A stretch of DNA of 64,000 nucleotides from Candidatus Omnitrophota bacterium (GCA_002753465.1 PEAF01000003.1:13551-77550), one strand, 5' to 3'. Positions 39,536 through 48,921 are shown, numbered from the stretch's first letter. Translations and numbers: made by a program. Notes: generated by a model not told the origin, from the letters alone.

Positions 39536-39904
39536 TTACCAGGTTACAGTAACATCTACTTTGCGCAGGCCGTTTGTGTCAGTCGTAATTAAGGAAACAA
39601 CATAGCTCGCCGTGAAACCCGGGAACAAAGGATCGGCAGCAACCCCGTGCGCACCAACAGATAAATTCCCTGCTGTTATTCCCGATTTTACATCTTTGTG
39701 TAATCCGTCAGCAACCTTCTTGGCAAAAGTCATAGCCGTGATCCTTGAAGAATTTGAAAGAGACGGACTATTCATAAGACCGATGGTGGATAGTACACCT
39801 GCGGCCGCGATAATAAAAATAACAGATGCAATAATTACTTCGACCAAGGTGAAACTACGACGGGCGTTCAAATAAAAGTAGGAAGATTTCTTATGGGCAA
39901 GCAT
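39536..39904 (-). CDS. minor (pseudo)pilin, PilV/GspI-like
   Basis: ...NARRS|FTLVEVIIASVIFIIAAAGVL. The start is uncertain (39904 or 39934). Confidence 0.6.
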   Translation of the reverse strand: MLAHKKSSYFYLNARRSFTLVEVIIASVIFIIAAAGVLSTIGLMNSPSLSNSSRITAMTFAKKVADGLHKDVKSGITAGNLSVGAHGVAADPLFPGFTASYVVSLITTDTNGLRKVDVTVTW

Positions 39905-40277
39905 TCTGACCCGAGGCGCATGATGGATTAGCAAGGTTAAGGGGGTTTGATGCGCCTAAATTTAACGTGATCGTAAACGCTGTTGTCGTAGCCGTACAGA
40001 CATTAGCGGCACAGGCATACGTAGCACCATTGGGCATGATATTCAGACCAAGACCCGCATTAATAGCCGCAATTGTTGCCCCCGTAAAATTAACCCCGTT
40101 ACGCGCGAAATAATCAGTATTTAGCGTATGAATGCTCCTAAGATTATTCATAGCATCACGCGCTTTGGTTCGGTTGATGGCTTTAAATAAACTAGGAAAA
40201 CCGAAAGTAACAAGTATGCCCATGATAATAACAACAACACTTAGCTCAATTATTGTGAAAGCTTTTTTATTACTCAC
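39891..40277 (-). CDS. prepilin-type protein (paralog pair A)
   Basis: MSNKKA|FTIIELSVVVIIMGILVTFGFP. Four Cys. C-terminus NPSCASGQNACP. Confidence 0.7.
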   Translation of the reverse strand: MSNKKAFTIIELSVVVIIMGILVTFGFPSLFKAINRTKARDAMNNLRSIHTLNTDYFARNGVNFTGATIAAINAGLGLNIMPNGATYACAANVCTATTTAFTITLNLGASNPLNLANPSCASGQNACP

Positions 40278-40327
40278 AAACAGATTACCTTAGTAAAAGA
40301 AAAACCCTTAACCTTTTCAAACACATC

Positions 40328-40723
40328 TTATGGACAAGCCGCGTATGTTCCCTGAGGACATGAAGGGTTTGCCGCACTTAAAGGCGTGTTTAAAGAAACA
40401 GTAGCCACAAAAATGCTCCCAGGCCCAGTCGCCACACACGTATTTGCCGCATCACAGGCATAAGTTGATCCATTAGCGCTAATATTTAATGTCAAAGCCG
40501 TATTAATGGCACCTAGATTGGCAGCCGTGCTTAAATTAGCCCCAGCACGCGAGCGGTATAGAATATTGGCCGCATGGATAATATTTAAATTATTTATAGC
40601 ATCCTTAGCTTTAGCGCGATTAATTGTTTTAGCAAAATTGGGAACACCGAAACTGGCCATAATACTTATGATGACAACAACGATCATAAGCTCAACAATG
40701 GTGAACGCTTTATTTGATCTCAT
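40328..40723 (-). CDS. prepilin-type protein (paralog pair B)
   Basis: MRSNKA|FTIVELMIVVVIISIMASFGVP. Four Cys. C-terminus NPSCPQGTYAACP. Confidence 0.7.
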   Translation of the reverse strand: MRSNKAFTIVELMIVVVIISIMASFGVPNFAKTINRAKAKDAINNLNIIHAANILYRSRAGANLSTAANLGAINTALTLNISANGSTYACDAANTCVATGPGSIFVATVSLNTPLSAANPSCPQGTYAACP

Positions 40724-40738
40724 ATAACCCTCACTTGG

Positions 40739-41161
40739 CTAATTACTAAAACACGATCGTAAAACGGCAGTAGTACACCCCGCTCCAGTACAAGTATACA
40801 CGGGAGACCCCGTTTGTGCCGCAGTTGCAGTATAAACAGGTCCGCCGACTCTACTTAACGTAACGGCGCCTGTGCCAGAATCACAAGTCGGCGTATCAAA
40901 AAACTTAGGGGTGTTAACTGCGATATCTAAGGCACTGCAGTCAGTACCGGCAAAGGTACCCTTCTCAAGGTTATACCTGGCCTGTGCGGAACGCATTGTG
41001 GACAAGGTACTTATGGCTTCTGAGCAGATAGCGCTTTCATTGGTTGAAATAAGCCTCGGGATGACGAGGGTAGCAATGACGCCCATAATAATAAGAACAA
41101 TGATCAACTCGATGATCGTAAACCCACATGCCCGATGGTTTCTGGAATTTATTATTATCAT
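40739..41161 (-). CDS. prepilin-type protein (GspG/PilA-like)
   Basis: ...RNHRACG|FTIIELIIVLIIMGVIATLVIPRL. 140 aa, immediately after pilC. Confidence 0.7.
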   Translation of the reverse strand: MIIINSRNHRACGFTIIELIIVLIIMGVIATLVIPRLISTNESAICSEAISTLSTMRSAQARYNLEKGTFAGTDCSALDIAVNTPKFFDTPTCDSGTGAVTLSRVGGPVYTATAAQTGSPVYTCTGAGCTTAVLRSCFSN

Positions 41162-41166
41162 TTTCT

Positions 41167-42402
41167 CTATCCGCCTGTAGACATCGTTAAAATTGGCAAG
41201 AACATGGCGATGATAAGCACGCCGATAATGCCACCCATCACAATAAGCATAACAGGTTCGATCAAAGTTCCAAAACTTTTTAAGAAGTCTTTAACATTTC
41301 TTTTATAATAAATGGCAACGTGGTTTAACATTTTACCCAGTTCGCCTGTTTCTTCACCGACGCGTATCATCTGAACCGCCATAGGCGGGAAAAAGCCGCT
41401 TGTCTCCATCGGATCAGCTAAAAGGCGGCCTTCGCGAACAGCTTCGCGCACACCCTTGATAACTTCTGCGCAAACTAGATTATCGACAAGGCGTTCGGAT
41501 ATCTCAAGCGCATAAAGGATCGGGACACCGCTATCGACAAGCATGGCCATTTGAGACGTAAATTTCTCTACAATAATAAGTTTAAAGATCTTTCCGAAAA
41601 CAGGCATTCTAAATAAAAAGGATTCAAAATTTCTTCTGCCTATATCCGTTTTAATATAGCCCTTGAACATAAACCAGCCGCCGATACCTGCACCGATAAT
41701 AAACAGAAATTGAGTTCTGATGATCTTGAACATGGCTAAAACAGCAGATGTAATGCCGGGTAACTGCATACCCATATCTTTGAAAATACGCTCAAACGTA
41801 GGGCCGATAAAAACAGCAAAAGCCACGACAGCTCCGGTACATACAAAGAATAGAACGGCAGGATAAACGAGGGCACCGACGACAGCACTTTTAAATGCGG
41901 CAGCCTCTTCCATATATTCAGTTAGTTTTTCAAGTACAGCCGGCATGGTACCGGAGGCCTCGCCAACCTCAACTAAACTGACCCAAAACGGCGAGAAAAC
42001 TTTAGGGTGTTTGGTCAAAGCCCTACTGAAGGCCTGACCTTCCGAGACATCTGATACCAATTCATGAAGAACTTCAGACAACTGCTTACTCTCCACTTGT
42101 TCTGAGATAACGGATATAGAACGCATGAGAGGAACGCCAGCGCTAAGCATCGTCGCCATTTGGCGTGAAAATGAAATAATATCTTCAAGGGTTGCTTTTG
42201 AATGCGTAAATCTTCCGGCAGAATTATTCGAAGAAACTTTCTTTTGAATTGATGGTGCAGCATCAGCGACTTGTTTCACTGAAGTCACAAAAAGATCTTT
42301 AGCTTGAATTTGAGCAACTGCGGCATTACTGTCGAATGCTTCAATGATTTCATTGAAAGTACGCCCTGATTTATCTTTGGCGGTAAGAATAAATTTTGGC
42401 AT
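41167..42402 (-). CDS. pilC: type IV pilus / T2SS inner-membrane platform protein (PilC/GspF)
   Basis: 411 aa with two T2SSF repeats (SRQMATMLSAGVPL...; TSQMAMLVDSGVPIL...). Confidence 0.92.
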   Translation of the reverse strand: MPKFILTAKDKSGRTFNEIIEAFDSNAAVAQIQAKDLFVTSVKQVADAAPSIQKKVSSNNSAGRFTHSKATLEDIISFSRQMATMLSAGVPLMRSISVISEQVESKQLSEVLHELVSDVSEGQAFSRALTKHPKVFSPFWVSLVEVGEASGTMPAVLEKLTEYMEEAAAFKSAVVGALVYPAVLFFVCTGAVVAFAVFIGPTFERIFKDMGMQLPGITSAVLAMFKIIRTQFLFIIGAGIGGWFMFKGYIKTDIGRRNFESFLFRMPVFGKIFKLIIVEKFTSQMAMLVDSGVPILYALEISERLVDNLVCAEVIKGVREAVREGRLLADPMETSGFFPPMAVQMIRVGEETGELGKMLNHVAIYYKRNVKDFLKSFGTLIEPVMLIVMGGIIGVLIIAMFLPILTMSTGG

Positions 42403-42418
42403 TTTAAAACGACTCCCT

Positions 42419-44137
42419 CTAACCGATGGTTACGCCCAGCATCTCGTCCAAACTCGTAACACCCTCTTCTACTTTCTTAATGCCGATCTCAAACAACGTT
42501 GCCATGCCGTTCTTTCGCGCCGCATCGCGAATATCGTTATAAGTCGCATTTTTACCGATAAGTCGACGCATGGCCTCATCAACCAATAAAACTTCAGCGA
42601 CGACCATACGCCCCTTATAGCCGGTATGCGAACATAGATCACAACCTTTGGCACGATAGATAAGATCTGTGGCAAGTTTAATTTCACCAAGTTCTTCTTG
42701 TTTTGGCTCATAGGGTTCTTTGCAATGCGGACACAACTTGCGACCGAGGCGCTGACCGATGATCATGGTTAAAGACGGCGTTAGAAGATATGAGGGCACA
42801 CCGATATCCAATAAACGCGTGATAGCGGCAGGTGCATCATTTGTATGTAAAGTAGACAGCACAAAGTGACCTGTGAGCGCAGCACGCACGCAGATCTGGG
42901 CGGTTTCTACGTCACGCACCTCACCTACCATGATAATGTCAGGATCCTGCCTTAGAAAAGATCTTAATGCTTCGGCAAAGGTAAATCCGATATCCGGTCG
43001 AACATGAACCTGATTAATGCCATCAATACGGAACTCAACCGGGTCTTCGGCTGTCATGATGTTCTTGGCCGGGTCCATGACTTCACTTAAACAGGAATAA
43101 AGTGTCGTAGATTTACCGCTGCCCGTTGGCCCCGTCACAAAGAATAAACCATAAGGTACTTTTAATGCTTTACGGATAAGATCAAGTTGCTTGGCATCAA
43201 ATCCTAATGTCGCTAGATCGAGCCGGATGGCATCTTTATCAAGGATGCGCATAACAACTTTCTCGCCCCAAACGGTCGGCAGGGTCGATACACGAAGATC
43301 AACGGTGCGATCCTCTAGTTTTGCCGATATCCGTCCATCCTGAGGCAGACGCCGTTCGGCAATGTCCATTTTTGCCAGGATCTTCACGCGTGAAACAATG
43401 GGCATGTGCAAATGTTTCGCCGGAGGGGGGATTTGATACAATTCTCCGTCGATACGGTACCTGACATCAAGTTTATCTTTAAACGGTTCTATATGGATAT
43501 CGCTGGCACGCTCATCGATCGCCTGACGAATGATGAGATCAACAAGCTTAATAACAGGTGCTTCTTCAGCACGCGCAATTAATTTATCAAGGCTGAGCTC
43601 TGTTTCAGATTTCTCTTCAACAAAAGCGTTTTCTTTCTTCATGGTCAAATGGGCTCGTTCAACCGTCTGACCCCAAAGCGCTGCATTATTGGCCTCACCA
43701 CCAAGATAAAAATCCTGTATAGCTTTTGAAATATCTGAACGTGTCGCAATAACAAAGTTGATCTCGCAGCTTGTCATCTTTTTAAGATTGTCGATCATGA
43801 TAAGGTCGAACGGATTAAAAAGAGCGCATGTTAAAGAATTAATATTACGGCTTAAAGGAAGAACATGATTTTCCTTGGCATATTCATACGGGACAAGCTT
43901 TTCAAGACCTGCATCTTTTTGGGGTACGAGTAAACCTGAAGCTTTTGATGCGTACGGAATAAGCAATTGAGTGCTTAAAGCCGTAGCCAGATCTTCTTCT
44001 TTGATAATGCCCTTTTTTACAAGGATCTCGCCGATATGGCCTTTTTCGTTCTTCTGGGAAGCAATAGCTTCATTCAATTGGACTTCTGTCAGAAGCCCTT
44101 GTTTGATGAGGATCTCGCCTAAACGTAATCTTGACAT
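42419..44137 (-). CDS. pilB: type IV pilus / T2SS assembly ATPase (PilB/GspE) with an N-terminal MshEN domain
   Basis: Walker A GPTGSGKSTT, Asp/His boxes, tetracysteine CPHC...CDLC. N-terminus RLGEILIKQGLLTEVQLNEAIASQ-KNEKG-HIGEILVKKGIIKEEDLATALSTQ. Confidence 0.93.
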   Translation of the reverse strand: MSRLRLGEILIKQGLLTEVQLNEAIASQKNEKGHIGEILVKKGIIKEEDLATALSTQLLIPYASKASGLLVPQKDAGLEKLVPYEYAKENHVLPLSRNINSLTCALFNPFDLIMIDNLKKMTSCEINFVIATRSDISKAIQDFYLGGEANNAALWGQTVERAHLTMKKENAFVEEKSETELSLDKLIARAEEAPVIKLVDLIIRQAIDERASDIHIEPFKDKLDVRYRIDGELYQIPPPAKHLHMPIVSRVKILAKMDIAERRLPQDGRISAKLEDRTVDLRVSTLPTVWGEKVVMRILDKDAIRLDLATLGFDAKQLDLIRKALKVPYGLFFVTGPTGSGKSTTLYSCLSEVMDPAKNIMTAEDPVEFRIDGINQVHVRPDIGFTFAEALRSFLRQDPDIIMVGEVRDVETAQICVRAALTGHFVLSTLHTNDAPAAITRLLDIGVPSYLLTPSLTMIIGQRLGRKLCPHCKEPYEPKQEELGEIKLATDLIYRAKGCDLCSHTGYKGRMVVAEVLLVDEAMRRLIGKNATYNDIRDAARKNGMATLFEIGIKKVEEGVTSLDEMLGVTIG

Positions 44138-44142
44138 AAGCC

Positions 44143-45612
44143 TTATTTACGCTGGTGCTGGTTAGCGATACTGAGTAAGTCCTCGCTGATCACTTTTGAT
44201 CTATCCGGAGAGGATGTTTCACGTGAACGAAAATCAATGGCCTTCTTTTTCCCATCCAATGAATCACCTAAATTGTTAAGAATGGTCGGAGTTATAAAAA
44301 TGATAAGCTCACGGTCAGTGCCATTTATATTATCTGATCTGAATAACCGGCCTAAAAAAGGAATACTTCCTAAAAAGGGAACTTTAGTAACAACTTTTTC
44401 AAGTTTTTTACGCAAAAGACCACCAATCATAATAGTCTCACCTGCCTGTACTTTCATTATAACACTGGCTGAACGTTCTTCGGTATCTCTAAAAGCTTGA
44501 CCGCCTTCTTTTGAAAATTGACTTTGAGACGCCTCGATCGCTTTGGGCGTTATGGCCAGTGTGATCTCATTGGTTAATAAATTGACCTGGGGCGTGACAG
44601 TTAAGAAAACACCTGTTTTGGCACGTTCAGCTGTCGTTGTTCTTTTGCCGGTTGTTGCATCTTCAACAGTAATAGTACCAACCACTTCATCGTTGGATAT
44701 CATTATTTGAGCCGTCTGATTGTCCATGGTTAATATGCGTGGCCTGGCGAGTGCACGTGTATCCGTGCACTTTTCGAGAAAGGTTGCGGCCGCGGTCATA
44801 CCCTTCATTCCCATTGTTCCGGCACCAGAAAAGGTTCGTAGACCACCCTTATCCAAAATATTTTTCTGATTAAAAGGGAAAAATGTAGGAATAGTAGCTC
44901 CCGTTACACTAAAGAAAGTTCCACTTCCATAATCGAAACCCAGGGTGTCAACGTTGATCTTACTAACATCGAGCATTTTGACTTCGATCAAAACTTGAGG
45001 GATGGCAATATCTAGTTTTGCTAATATAGCGTCAATTTTAGAAAAGTTTTCTTCGTAATCTGTGATGATCAGGCTATTGGTACGCGGATCTTCGGCGACT
45101 TTGCCGTCTTTTGAAATTGCAGATTGTAAGCTGGAACTTATTCCAGAGTCTTTACCACCAGCAACGGCTGCGCCAGCTCCGACAATAGAAATGGTAGCGT
45201 TAAGTTTAGAACCGGACACGGTGGCATTCTTTAAGGGATATACCCGCGTGACCATTTTCACTTCTTGATCTTTGGCGGAAACAGTGAAGATATTGGATTC
45301 GGCATTATAGACATATGTCAAACCATTGGAAGCCAGTATCCTTTCCATTGCTTCTTCCACAGGAACATTATCGAGATACACAGTTACTTTAGTTTTCTCA
45401 ATTTTTGAATCTAAAACAAAATTGGCACCGATTTGACGTGAAAAAACCTTTAGAACATCCTTCATGTCAGCATCTTTCAGGTCCAAAGAAACCCGTTTTG
45501 AATACTGAGGCATAATGAAAGAACTGTCTTCACTGAATGCCTGAGAGGACACAAAGAAAAGAATACCGAATGTTGCCGTGCAGAAAATGCGAAGGTAAAA
45601 CAGATTTTTCAT
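44143..45612 (-). CDS. pilQ: secretin (PilQ/GspD family)
   Basis: Signal peptide and N0/N1-like domains. Secretin C-domain ...GGLLRKKLEKVVTKVPFLGSIPFLGRLFRSDNINGTDRELIIFITPTIL. Confidence 0.88.
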   Translation of the reverse strand: MKNLFYLRIFCTATFGILFFVSSQAFSEDSSFIMPQYSKRVSLDLKDADMKDVLKVFSRQIGANFVLDSKIEKTKVTVYLDNVPVEEAMERILASNGLTYVYNAESNIFTVSAKDQEVKMVTRVYPLKNATVSGSKLNATISIVGAGAAVAGGKDSGISSSLQSAISKDGKVAEDPRTNSLIITDYEENFSKIDAILAKLDIAIPQVLIEVKMLDVSKINVDTLGFDYGSGTFFSVTGATIPTFFPFNQKNILDKGGLRTFSGAGTMGMKGMTAAATFLEKCTDTRALARPRILTMDNQTAQIMISNDEVVGTITVEDATTGKRTTTAERAKTGVFLTVTPQVNLLTNEITLAITPKAIEASQSQFSKEGGQAFRDTEERSASVIMKVQAGETIMIGGLLRKKLEKVVTKVPFLGSIPFLGRLFRSDNINGTDRELIIFITPTILNNLGDSLDGKKKAIDFRSRETSSPDRSKVISEDLLSIANQHQRK

Positions 45613-45623
45613 AAGACCTCTGT

Positions 45624-46100
45624 TTATTTATTAAAATATTTTACGAAGTAGATCTCGTCAGCATATTTAAAAATGATCCCGCCTTCTTTAATCTTTAAAA
45701 CTTTTGCACGGGCAACAATATCACCTACGCCTACCACTTGCCCGTTAATAATAGCTTGCGGTTGTTTTGTCTTAAAGATCAATCCTGTTACGCTCATTTT
45801 CGGTAAGACAAGCCTCGGGAGCTTTACAGGTTTAGCGATCTTTTTAACAGGTGGCGGAGCTGGTTCAACTGGCTTAATCTCAACGACGACAGGTTTCTCT
45901 ACTTTCTTCACAAAAGCAGGTTTTGGCTGCCATTTCATAAAAGGATTTCTTAACGAAGAAACAACCTCTGTAAATGGCGACTCCTGCTCGGCTAACCCTG
46001 CTGATAACAAAACAGCGAACAAACAAAGAAATGCACCCGCTATAAGAGTATATCGGACAAAAAAGTTCTTGTTACTTCTTTTTAGATTTTTTCTGATCAT
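45624..46100 (-). CDS. PilP/GspC-like secretin-linking protein (tentative)
   Basis: N-terminal TM, Pro-rich spacer (KPVEPAPPPVKK), C-terminal beta-domain GLIFKTKQPQAIINGQVVGVGDIV. Position is between the pilO-like gene and the secretin. Confidence 0.4.
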   Translation of the reverse strand: MIRKNLKRSNKNFFVRYTLIAGAFLCLFAVLLSAGLAEQESPFTEVVSSLRNPFMKWQPKPAFVKKVEKPVVVEIKPVEPAPPPVKKIAKPVKLPRLVLPKMSVTGLIFKTKQPQAIINGQVVGVGDIVARAKVLKIKEGGIIFKYADEIYFVKYFNK

Positions 46101-46698
46101 TATTTAACAATTCAATTGAAGTAATGCTTAAACTAAGATTGATGCCTTTTTCCCCTTGAGACGGGGTTTCGGATGATGCTTCAACTTTACTTATATTTAC
46201 AGAATCGACCTTAAGCAGAAATTTTGAACTTTCAAGGTCATGAATAAATAAGAGGGCGTTTTGGAATGATGTTACCCCACAAATAAAACTGATCTTTGTT
46301 TCGCGATAAAAACTTCTGATTATGGTCTGAGGAGGTTCAAACGAATCGATCTGAATGCCGCGCTTATTAGCTGTTTCCGCCACAAAAGGGATCATGTTGT
46401 TCTCGGATAAAGCGCTGGGGATTAGCTTATAAATAGCCTGCATATCCTTAAGTACTTTTTCGTAGTCATTGATCGGTTGCTCTTTTGATCTAAGAACTTT
46501 TAGCTGTTCACTCAGTTTGTAATACTCTGCAGAACGCACATTAATGATCACACCCATAACAATCAAGGCTATTAAAACTAAAACAGAAGACAGAACAAGC
46601 GCTTGACGCTCATTGATAAAGTTCTTTATATCCTGAGGGGTAATATGCTTAATAGCCTCGAAATCAACTTTGAAATTTTTTAAGTCATCTAGATTCAT
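46072..46698 (-). CDS. PilO/GspM-like bitopic protein (tentative)
   Basis: Short cytoplasmic N-terminus, one TM (LVLSSVLVLIALIVMGVIINV), a coiled coil and a C-terminal domain. The position matches pilO. Confidence 0.5.
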   Translation of the reverse strand: MNLDDLKNFKVDFEAIKHITPQDIKNFINERQALVLSSVLVLIALIVMGVIINVRSAEYYKLSEQLKVLRSKEQPINDYEKVLKDMQAIYKLIPSALSENNMIPFVAETANKRGIQIDSFEPPQTIIRSFYRETKISFICGVTSFQNALLFIHDLESSKFLLKVDSVNISKVEASSETPSQGEKGINLSLSITSIELLNNDQKKSKKK

Positions 46699-48308
46699 TT
46701 TCCCTCACAGACAATCTTTAAGGTTGTAACTTTCTTTTTATCAACTGTCTGGGATTTTAAAGATGATACTGTTACCTTCTGGAATTTAGAAAAGAATAGA
46801 TCATCTTTGCGTAAATTGTTAATAAAGCGATTGGCTTCATTAAAAGCTATGTTGGCATCACTTATGTGCAGCTTGGCATCAAACTCAAGCGAAAACGTGG
46901 ATTGAATGGGCGTATATTTAATCTCCTGGGCTTCTGATTTATCTTCTTCAGATTTTTCAATCTTTATGGCACGCCCTGAACCGGTGCCATCTTGATCGGC
47001 AATTGATAATAAAATTGAATCAAGTGTCATTTCTTTAGGCATACGCTTGATCAAACGGATAATTAACGGTGAAATTCTGCCGTTTAAAGGCAGCGATTGC
47101 AGCGCCTTTAATTTATGGCGCTCATTGCTGATATGTTTATCAATTTCATCCACTGACAATTCCATATGATTGCCGGCAGTAGACATTAAAGCCTTGATCT
47201 GAAAATTTAACCCGTTAACAAAAAGACCGCTGAAGTAGAAAACAAGCCCGATCGTACATGCAGTGACAATGCCTAATAAAATAGGCAGTATCAGCTTGCG
47301 GTTCTTTTTAAGAATTTCTTCTTTTTTAAGTGATACCTGCGTTGAGGCATCTTCAAAAAGGTTAAAGTCGATTACAGAAGAAATATCACCTGACATTGAC
47401 GCACCAAAAGCATTCGCGCCTTCAATGTCCATAAGGCCGGGCATGCTAAATAGTTTAGATGAATCAACGATCTCCAAAGGAACGCCGGCCTCTTCATTTA
47501 AGCCAGTCCAAAACGCCTGACTCCGTCCTGAAGAAAGCGTAATAAGCTTATCTACGCCAGTTTCACTGCTTTGACGTGAAAAGAACTCGAAAGAAATTCG
47601 CACTTCATTGAATATCCTGGTACGTAAAACATCATCGATGTCACCCGCTGTCATCTGGACATCATCTGTATTGATCTTGAAATCACGGATGAATTTAACA
47701 TGACCCTTATACGCAATAATAAGCTCACCGGAACTGCCAAAAACATTCAAAATAGCTGTATTCTGATCTAAGTTGATCAGACGTTTATAGACCAGAATCC
47801 TTAAAAGGCTCATGGCTGCAGGTTCACTGCAGACAACATTGAGACCGGATTGTATGAAAACATTGGTGTATTTGGATAATACGACTTTTCTAATAGCTAC
47901 AAAGACAATCCCTATTTGCTTGATATTGTCCAGGACAACTGTCGTCGGATAGTACGTATAGGCAATTTCATTTAAATTAAAAGGTATGTATTTTTGAGCT
48001 TCGAAGGCAACCGATCCATGGATCTCGCTGCTTTTCATCCATGGGATAATGAACGAACGGATCAAAATATCTTTGGAGGGAAGGGCGACGTGTGTGTTTA
48101 AAGTGGAGAACCCATTGTTGTGGATCGTTTTCTGCAATGCTTCAAGGATCCGCAGATCACTTGAAATTCCAGGATTGTGCGAGGCCTCAGCATTATCGTC
48201 AGGTTCAAAAGGAACAAAGGCCGACAATAAGGGCGTATCTCGTCCCGACTCAACGAGAGAAATACCTTTTTCGCCCCAATAAACACCTAATCGTTTATGC
48301 GTCGCCAT
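46695..48308 (-). CDS. PilM-PilN fusion (GspL-like architecture)
   Basis: About 330-aa actin-like PilM-type N-domain (KRLGVYWGEKGISLVE...), a TM (LILPILLGIVTACTIGLVFYF), then about 180 aa of PilN-like periplasmic region. Confidence 0.7.
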   Translation of the reverse strand: MATHKRLGVYWGEKGISLVESGRDTPLLSAFVPFEPDDNAEASHNPGISSDLRILEALQKTIHNNGFSTLNTHVALPSKDILIRSFIIPWMKSSEIHGSVAFEAQKYIPFNLNEIAYTYYPTTVVLDNIKQIGIVFVAIRKVVLSKYTNVFIQSGLNVVCSEPAAMSLLRILVYKRLINLDQNTAILNVFGSSGELIIAYKGHVKFIRDFKINTDDVQMTAGDIDDVLRTRIFNEVRISFEFFSRQSSETGVDKLITLSSGRSQAFWTGLNEEAGVPLEIVDSSKLFSMPGLMDIEGANAFGASMSGDISSVIDFNLFEDASTQVSLKKEEILKKNRKLILPILLGIVTACTIGLVFYFSGLFVNGLNFQIKALMSTAGNHMELSVDEIDKHISNERHKLKALQSLPLNGRISPLIIRLIKRMPKEMTLDSILLSIADQDGTGSGRAIKIEKSEEDKSEAQEIKYTPIQSTFSLEFDAKLHISDANIAFNEANRFINNLRKDDLFFSKFQKVTVSSLKSQTVDKKKVTTLKIVCEGK

Positions 48309-48328
48309 GCAGTATATCCATTACTATT

Positions 48329-48357
48329 ATTTAATCCTTAGCTCAAACCTTTGTCAA
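48329..48357 (-). promoter_or_regulatory. possible internal promoter ahead of pilMN
   Basis: Minus strand TTGACA (perfect -35) - 17 nt - TTAAAT in the 72-nt gap. Confidence 0.3.
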
Positions 48358-48380
48358 ACGCTTTCGGAGATATTAAAAAG

Positions 48381-48704
48381 TCAATAGGTGACCAGCACCG
48401 TATATGGCGAGGTGCCACCAGGACCTGAACCGCTTGACGAATACGTAACCGTGTAGAGGTTCCCATTTAAATACTCAGTGTAGTTAGTTAAGGCCCAGCC
48501 GTTATGTAACGCTTCAACAGCCTTCCAAACAGCCCCTTTAGCGATCACCTCGGCCGTAATTCGTTTGAGAATCGAATCAGATGATAAAGCGCGGGACGTC
48601 GTCCGGCTTAATATACCCATGACTAGAATGAAAATAACCAGAATAGACATAATAACAACAGTTAGAACGAACGCGTGCTTGCGACGGATATTATTCTGAT
48701 TCAT
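48381..48704 (-). CDS. PilX/GspK-like minor pilin (non-cleaved hydrophobic N-terminus)
   Basis: MNQNNIRRKHAFVLTVVIMSILVIFILVMGILSRT resembles the PilX_N type. The ATG at 48704 has a GGAGAA SD. The track ORF start at 48770 lies inside the upstream gene. Confidence 0.45.
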   Translation of the reverse strand: MNQNNIRRKHAFVLTVVIMSILVIFILVMGILSRTTSRALSSDSILKRITAEVIAKGAVWKAVEALHNGWALTNYTEYLNGNLYTVTYSSSGSGPGGTSPYTVLVTY

Positions 48705-48921
48705 GGCTGTTCTCCACGTAACTTTTACAAATAGGGCAAACCCAAATAGCCGGAACATGCTCCATTTCAATAATATGACTACAGTATACGCACTGCCGGA
48801 CAGTCTTGTGTTTTTCTTTTGTCTTCTTAAATAGAAAGCATTTATTCTGCAGTATTAAAAAAAATATAAGTACCCCTAGCAGTCCTATCCCAACGAGAAA
48901 TGAAAGTTCAACTTTAATCAA
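48691..48921 (-). CDS. small membrane protein with a C-terminal CxxC...CxxC zinc ribbon (uncharacterised)
   Basis: TM LSFLVGIGLLGVLIFFLIL, then CVYCSHIIEMEHVPAIWVCPIC. The start codon is TTG and overlaps the upstream stop (TTGA). The SD is weak. Confidence 0.35.
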   Translation of the reverse strand: MIKVELSFLVGIGLLGVLIFFLILQNKCFLFKKTKEKHKTVRQCVYCSHIIEMEHVPAIWVCPICKSYVENSHESE

